DNA of 64,000 bases from Malacoraja senta (Eukaryota), in NCBI GenBank assembly GCA_038087875.1, contig CM075991.1, positions 6,262,001 through 6,326,000 of the forward strand, in the 5' to 3' direction. Shown piece after piece: positions 56,936 through 64,000 of the stretch; within the stretch, counting starts at the first letter, position 1, and the number at the start of each line of letters is the position of its first letter. The notes beneath the pieces were generated by a model. The model was not told the origin of the DNA. It did no database searches and saw only the letters and a list, made by a program, of their open reading frames with translations. The position numbers were made by a program, and so were the translations under genes.

Positions 56936-57397
56936 GGGTGGCACGGTGGTGCAGCAGAAAAGTTGTTACTTTACATACACACAGCGCCAGAAACCCAGGT
57001 TCGATCCTGGCGCTTGTCTGTATGGAGTTTGTGCGTTCTCCCGTGACCTGTGTGGGCTTTTTCCGAGAACTTTGGTTTCCTCCACACTCCAAAGACGTAC
57101 AGGTTTGTGGGTTCATTGGCTTGGTATAAATGTAAAAGAATTGTCCCTTGTGAGAGTGTTAATGTGCAGGTAGACAAAAATGCTGGAGAAACTCAGTGGG
57201 TGAGGCAGCATCTATGGAGCGAATGATATAGGCAACGTTTCGGGTCGAGACCCTTCTTCAGACTGAAACGTTGCCTATTTCCTTCTCTCCATAGATGCTA
57301 CCTCACCCGCTGAGTTTCTCCAGCATTTTTGTCTACCTACAATTTTCCAGCATCTGCAGTTCCTTCTTAAACAACGTTAATGTGCAGGGATCGCTGA
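56936..57397 (+). mobile_element. V-SINE/HE1-like SINE interrupted by a Penelope-derived palindrome
   Basis: GGTGGCACGGTGGTGCAGC head; body resumes after the duplicated GTTAATGTGCAGG. Confidence 0.8.
57171..57375. mobile_element. Palindromic Penelope-derived insertion with ~13-bp TSD
   Basis: TSD GTTAATGTGCAGG at 57158-57170 and 57376-57388. Confidence 0.8.
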
Positions 57398-58044
57398 TCA
57401 CTAGATGGCGCTGACCACTAAATATATGTAAGATGGAGCTGGAATCAGTATCTGCTCTGGTGACAAAGTGTTTAATTTTCCATTCAATTTCATTACCACA
57501 ACACATCAAGATGAATGGCCGGGTACAAAGAGGGAACTGTGATTCATTGTGGTCCTGACAGCATCTGAGCAGGCCATTTCGGAGCCCAATTAAAAGTCCA
57601 TGATGAAGGACACAAGTGCTGGAGTAACTCAGCAAGTCAGGCAGCATTTAGCAGCATCTCTGGAGAACATGGAGAGGTGATCTTTTGGGTGATCCGAAAG
57701 GTCGCCTATCCATGTTCTCTGGAGATGCTGCCTGACTGGTTGAGTTACTCCAGCACTTTGTGTCCTTTTGTGCCTTAACCAGCATCTGCAGTTACTTGTT
57801 TCTAAGAGTCAATGACTTTGCTGCGGGTCTGAATCTCATAACAATGGGAATGAATCGTTTTTTATGACAAAAAAATAATGTTTATTTAGATATGGAAAGT
57901 CTGCGATGCAATGGCCTTCTATGGTAATTTACTCTACAGCCAAATCTTTTGTGGGAGGTACAGAAACTGGAGAAAGTCCAGAGTAAGTGAGGCCCCCAGT
58001 GTAACATAAAGTCAGGTAAGTTCTCCTAAACTTCTAGAATTAGT

Positions 58045-58650
58045 CAGATTCAGGTTCAAACTTTATAGTCATTGTGCAGTGTACAAATACAGAGACAACA
58101 AAATGCGGTTAGCATCTCACCCAGAAGTGCGAACACAGAATAATGGAACAGTAATATATATATATGGATATACAGTAGCAGTAATGCAATTTTCGAGATG
58201 GGGGGAGATCAGTCACTTGGGTAAGGAGTGTCCGCGGGGGGGGTGTGGGTGACTGGCAATCACCAAGGTGCAGAGTTAAGTAGGGTAACAGCTGCAGGGA
58301 AGAAGCTGTTACTGAACCTGCTGGTCCAGCAACGGAGAGACCTGTAGCGCCTCCCAAATGGGAGGAGGGTAAACAGTCTGTGGTTGGGGTGAGAGCAGTC
58401 CTTGACGATGCTGCGCGCCCTTCGCAGACATCGCTTGCTCTGGACAGACTCAATGGAGGGGAGTGAGGAACCGGTGATGCGTTCACCACCCTCTGCAGTG
58501 CTTTCCGGTCGGAGACAGAGCAGTTGCCATCCCATACTGTGATACAGTTAGTAAGGATGCTCTCAACGGCGCAGCGGTAGAAGTTCACCAGAATCTGAGG
58601 AGACAGATGGACCTTCTTTAGTCTCCTCAGGAAGAAGAGACACTGGTGAG
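58045..58650 (-). mobile_element. Rex1/Babar-type LINE 3' fragment
   Basis: NFYRCAVESILTNCITVW...KALQRVV / IVKDCSHPNHRLFTLLPFGRRYRSL...FSNSFFPAAV. Confidence 0.8.
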
Positions 58651-58677
58651 CCTTCTTGCTGGTGAGTGAGGGTAAAC

Positions 58678-58947
58678 AGTTTAGTTTTATACAGCACGGA
58701 AACAGACCCTTTGGCCCATCGATTCCGCACTGACCAGCGATCCTCGCACATTAACACTACCCTACACACACTGGGGACAATTTACATTTATACCAAGCCA
58801 ATTAACCTACAAACCTGTATGTCTTTGGAGTGTGGGAGGAAACCGAAGACCTCGGAAAAAACCCAGGCAGGTCATGGGGAGAACGTACAAAACTTCGTAC
58901 AGACAACACCAGTAGTCACGATCGAACCCGGTTCTCAGGCGCTGTAG
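58678..58947 (-). mobile_element. V-SINE/HE1-like SINE
   Basis: Family body and B box. Confidence 0.75.
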
Positions 58948-61389
58948 GGCTTCCACACTGCCAACGAGCCGCCTTCTCTGTTGGCCACGGAGTTCTTGTG
59001 ACTGGTTTCTATTTAGCAATCAATGTAGGAAATGACATTGTGGACAATGGTTAAGGACAGAACAGACCAGATATGGCATTTACCAATGCTGTATGGAATT
59101 TAAACTTAAGATTAGCTATATGGACAGGAATAGCCAGATGGAGTAGTTTATATTTTCTTTCATTATAGAAGAAGGCCATTCAGCCCAACGCATCTATGCT
59201 GGCTCTCAGTGCAATTCATTTATCTTGTCTCCCACACATGCCATAAACAGCACCCACACGCGCCCCCCCCTTAAAAATATAATTGTCACATCGACAACCT
59301 ACACTTGGTGTAATTTATAGTAGCCAATTTGGCCACAATGTCTCCAAACATGAAAGGTTAGAGTAGCCAAATAACCAGCGCATATATGTAACATTTGGGG
59401 AAACAGGTGTATCAAGGGGATGCCTACGTAGTCACAGGGAGAATAGGCAAACTCCACACAGACAGCAGACCCGAAACATCACATATCCATGTTCTCTGAC
59501 CTGCTGAGTTACTCCAGCACTTTGCATCTTTTTTTAAAAACCAGCATATATTCATAGTCATACAGCGTGGAAACATGCCCTTTGGCCCAACTTGTCATGT
59601 CGACCAACATACCCCATCTACAATCGTCCTACCTGCTCGCATATGGCCCATATCCCTCTCCTATCCATGTGGGAATATCTTTTAAACATTGTGATGGTAT
59701 CTGGCTCAACTACCTCAGTTGGCAGCTCGTTCCATATATCCACCACCCTTTGTGTAAAAAAGTTACCCCTCAGGTTCCTATTAAATCTTTCAACCATTCA
59801 CATTAGTTTGGGCCATCTGCAGTTCCTTGTTTCTCTATGTTTACCCGTGGATGGGGTGACCTGCCCATATTCCCATCAATGCAAGTGGTCAGCCATCAAT
59901 GGTTAAAGAAGTTATGGGAAATAGATTGGATGATGAGGAGAGAGAAAAACAACTGGCAGCGTTTTTAACAACTGACATTATCAATAATATTCCTTCCTGT
60001 AATGTATATCCACCTCAGTCAGGTAACTTGTGCAGTGAACTGCCTGAAAACTGACCAAGGTACTGTTGACCCACGAGATCCTGAGCTCAGGGTCAAACCA
60101 ATACCTTTAAGTGGCACAGGGACAATTCTCTCTTTTAACCATATAAGGAAGAAGCAGAACTCTCAAAGCAGATACACAATTATGAACAAATGCAGAACTA
60201 TTTTTTGTAATAGGAATGAATTAATTACCGGCTTGAATCCAAAGTGGTTTTCTGATCTAAGTTATACGAGCAGAATTAGGCCATTTGTCCCATCAAGTCT
60301 ACTCTGCCATTCAATCATGGTTGATTTAGCTTTCCCTCTCAACCCCATTCTCCTGCCTTCTCCCCACAACCCCTGACACCCGTACTAATGACGAATCTGT
60401 CATTTAAAGAATATCCATTGATTTGGCCTCCACAGCCTCCTGTGGCAAAGAATTCCACAGATTCACCATCCTCTGGCTAAAGAAACTCCTCCATCAATGG
60501 ATTCTTGTACCTCACTGTCGAAGGGTTGGATGTTGTGATTACTCACTGCCTGGTATTAGGTATTTACTCATTCCCACAGACGGAGACATCAGTTGAATGA
60601 GTCAGGCAGTGAGGTCACTGACTGGGTGCAGATTGGCCCCATTACAGAGGGAGCCTGTACTTTGTCTTCATGTTTGCCAGATTCACAGGAATAAGTTTGT
60701 GGTTTAGTCCCTTGGAAAGTAGGTTGGCGCAGTGCTGTGAGAATCGACTTCATGGGTGTCCGAACATGGACTCTGCAGAAGGTCACCTCCTCTCTTCTCA
60801 CACCTGCTGCTAATATATTGCATATATATACACAGTATATATACACTGGAAACCAACCCAAGGCATTTCACAGAGGAAAGTCGGACAAAAACTGACACTG
60901 TACAAGAGAACTGAGAGATCAGCTTTAGTGCAAACCTTAAAGGAAAGAGAGAGATGGAGAAAGAAAGAGAGAGTTTTGTTTATTATTGTCATGTGTACCG
61001 AGGTACAGTGAAAAGCTTTTTGTTGCGCTATCCGGTCAGCGAAAAGACGATACATTATTACAATAAAGTCATCCGCAGTTTACGCATACAGGATAAGGTA
61101 TAACGTTTACTATATGATAAAGTCCAATAAAGTCCGATTAAAGATAGTTTGAACGTCTCCAATGAGGTAGATGGAAGTTCAGGACCGCTCTCTAGTTGCT
61201 GGTAGGATGGTTTAGTTGCCTTGATAACAACCGGGAAGAAACTGTCCCTGAATCTGGAAGTATATGCATCTTCAAACTTCTATATCTCTTGCCTGATGGG
61301 AGAGGGGAGAAGAGGGAGTGATCTGATCTGATGAGACTGATCCTTGATTGTGCTGGTGGCCTTGCCACGGCAGTGTGAAGTGTAGATGA

Positions 61390-61425
<36 letters not shown>

Positions 61426-61447
61426 AGAAGGAGAGAGAGAGAGAGAG
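61390..61447. repeat. (GA)n microsatellite
   Basis: Directly visible. Confidence 0.9.
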
Positions 61448-62337
61448 ACAACAAATAAGAGAGTTTGAGACCACCAATAGAAGAATGAAAACATTGGAGG
61501 AAAGCACAATAAAAGCTGGAAGAAAATAAAGAGTTCTTGAAAGTTAACTGAGCAATTGGCATGTAGCATGGGCATGGAGAGATTTAACATTAGAAGTGCA
61601 GCTTTGCTTAACCAACAGCCCGTGAAGGTTAAGCTGCATGAATAAGATGGATGAACAGATGTCCTTGCATGTAAAGATCCTGGCAGAAGATCTTGTTTGA
61701 TAAGAGAAGGCCTTCTTGTCTACTCCAATGCCTAGACTTGAATGTGCATGTTCATAAGTAATAGGAGCGGAATTAGGCCTTCGGCCCATCAAGTCTACTC
61801 CGCCATTCAATCATGGCTGATCTATCTTTCCCTCTCAACCCCATTCTCCTGCCTTCTCCCCCTAATCCCTGACTCCCTTACAAATCAAGAATCTGTCAAT
61901 CTACACCTTAAAAATACCCAATGACTTGGCCTCCACAGCCGTCTGTCGCAATGAATTCCACAGATTCACCATCCTTTGATTAAAGAACGTAGTCCTCATC
62001 TTCTTTCTATAGGTATGACCTTTTATTCTGGCCCCTCCTACCAGTGGAAACATCCTCTCCACATCCACTCTATCCAGGCCTTTCACTATTCGGTAAGAAT
62101 ACATCACCACAATTGGTGCCAGACCAGTGTTTCATGCTTATCCATTCTCCCCCCTCTCTTAAATTAGCGTTAGTTAATTTGCATTGGTTAATTTTCAGAT
62201 TTAATCGTGCCTCCTTTCAGCATCTAAATACAAATGAACGGAAAGGGAGAGCAAAGAGGCCCAGATCTGTTAAGTAACTGTTCGCAAAATCTTGCACTTT
62301 GCTTAACGCTTGGATAGCTCAGAATGTGAAACAAACG

Positions 62338-62935
62338 CCCACTTCCTTATCAAGTACTTTCAAAACTGTACTTTCTTTGCAACTTTAGCAAGCAATGCAA
62401 CTGCCGCACCTGTCCTCATGAAACTGAAAAAAAAGAGCTGTCGGAGTGGGAGAAGCGAGTGTGCCCAACCTCCACCATCTCTTTCAAAATATATGAACTG
62501 AAACACAGGGTGCACCATCTCTTGCTTGCTTGTGCGCGCTGGGCTAGCGTCTGGTCACGGCAGAGTTGTACAGGAACAAGGATGTGGGCTGGCAGACAAC
62601 TGCATAGGCTGAGACAGGGACTTGCCCTAACCGAAGAGAAGAGCGTGCACTTTGAAGACAAGCTATCTCCTCCGCGCTTTCCGAAGAGGGAGATCATGTC
62701 ACTGAAGCTGCCACGCAACGTCTGGGATTTCAACCTTAAAACAGATTCTGCACGAATAGGTATGGTGGGGGCATAAACCTGGTCTGTTAACCCATTAAAC
62801 ATTTCCTCCTCTCTTACCAGTTTGTTTAGTCCATGACTGAGACTAATGTGGGATCACTCTCATGTTGCAGTTTATGCGTTTATCTGGTTTCATGACTTAG
62901 ATGAGATAGTGAGATTGGGGGAGAGAGGGGAAGTG
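62338..62935 (+). promoter_or_regulatory. Candidate ARHGAP25 promoter motifs: ETS/PU.1, GATA, IRF/ISRE
   Basis: CACTTCCTTATC 62340-62351 (ETS overlapping GATA), GAAACTGAAA 62420-62429, GAGGGGAAGT 62925-62934. Motif matches only. Confidence 0.4.
62696..62759 (+). CDS. ARHGAP25: ARHGAP25 (Rho GTPase-activating protein 25) first coding exon; rest of the gene not seen in this window
   Basis: atcATG...MSLKLPRNVWDFNLKTDSARI + G|gtatgg (phase 1). Matches the N-terminus I recall for mammalian ARHGAP25 (MSLKLPRNWDFNLKVEAAKI). Confidence 0.85.
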
Positions 62936-63126
62936 TCACGCTTCAACAAATGTTGTATTGTAGTGTAGTGCAGGCACCAGGAGTGAACGTGGTGGGAATT
63001 AGTGACAAATGGCACATGTCTAGATATTCCCAGGGATCTGTTGGTAATAGACTGATTGAGAGGTTAACTGGAGAGTTTGTGCGATTCACAACGTTAGGGA
63101 CGCAGCAAGGTATTATATTTAACTGG

Positions 63127-63342
63127 GATAGACACAAAATGCTGGAGTAACTCAGCAGGTCAGGAAACACCTCTGGAGAAAAGGAATAGGTGACGTTTTG
63201 GGTCGAAACCCTTCTTCTTTGAAGAAGTTATCTTTCTCCCTCCGATGCCTTTTCTACAGAGATGCTGCCTGACCCGCTGAGTTACTCCAACATTTTGTGT
63301 CGAACTTCAGTGTAAACCAGCATCTGCAGTTCCTTCCTACAT
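63127..63342. mobile_element. Palindromic Penelope-derived insertion (ARHGAP25 intron 1)
   Basis: Inverted arms of the same repeat, with a degraded centre. Confidence 0.7.
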
Positions 63343-64000
63343 AGTTTACTACATGTTGGTTTATTCATCTTCATGCTCTTCTGATGCACAGCATTCTGTG
63401 GAGCAATGTATGACAATTGCTTGTAATAATTAAAATATATTTAATTATGTCTTTATATCACAAGGATCTCAACTGTAGACCGTGTGCGAGCTTTGGGGGA
63501 AATAAATCTAGTTGCAACAATATTTGCTGAGAGTAGGATTGGATCAGTGACCTACTTAATGTTTCTCAGAATGTAGGGCGGCTGCATCATTTGAAATGAC
63601 TTTGCTGCTGCAGTTTTTCACTCGTTTGGATATTCCTGTCGATGAGCTTTTTGTATATGTAACATTTGTACTGAATCTGCTGCTGGGGTAGTACATACTG
63701 ATGGTGTGATGGAACATGCTGAACTGTCAGTTTTAATCAGAGAGTTAAACATTTCAGTGCATTATACAGAATCCATTTCTCTTCCAATTTATATGTCTCC
63801 AAATCCCTCTTCATTTCACTCTCCAACATCTTTGCTCTTTCATTCACTGGCGTCTTGTTGTTTTTATCATTTCCTTCCTAAGTTTCTCTTTCACTTCTTG
63901 GTCTTCACAAAACATCTCAAATCTACTCATTACCAAGAACTTTGGTCCCTGTCTCATAAACTCTTATTTCCCTGCTTGCTGTACACTTTCTTACTGTTGA

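Noticed and set aside
62416..62802. 128-aa minus-strand ORF
   Set aside because: Antisense shadow of the ARHGAP25 first exon region; no recognisable homology.

Overview
This is vertebrate genomic DNA, most likely from a cartilaginous fish (skate/ray-like, inferred from the SINE/LINE/Penelope repertoire). It holds three protein-coding genes. PCNA is on the minus strand (coding exons 2-6 at 17179->8627); its first coding exon is missing and must lie in the 200-N gap at 17875-18074. CDS2 is on the plus strand, head-to-head with PCNA (13 exons, 18411-48271, probably a long 3' UTR). The first coding exon of ARHGAP25 is on the plus strand (62696-62759). Introns and intergenic DNA are full of tRNA-derived V-SINE/HE1-like SINEs, L1/Tx1, CR1-group and Rex1/Babar LINE fragments, Penelope-like element (PLE) remnants and several DNA-transposon MITEs. 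The most notable observations are: (1) many PLE terminal repeats carry a minimal hammerhead ribozyme core and often occur as short palindromic, TSD-flanked units; (2) an apparent frameshift in CDS2 exon 2; (3) a tandem array of CTCF-like sites in the PCNA/CDS2 promoter region running into the gap; (4) an L1 insertion next to the last PCNA splice acceptor. Most six-frame ORFs are spurious repeat read-throughs. I found no clearly new protein-coding system. All family calls come from recognising motifs by eye, not from database searches.
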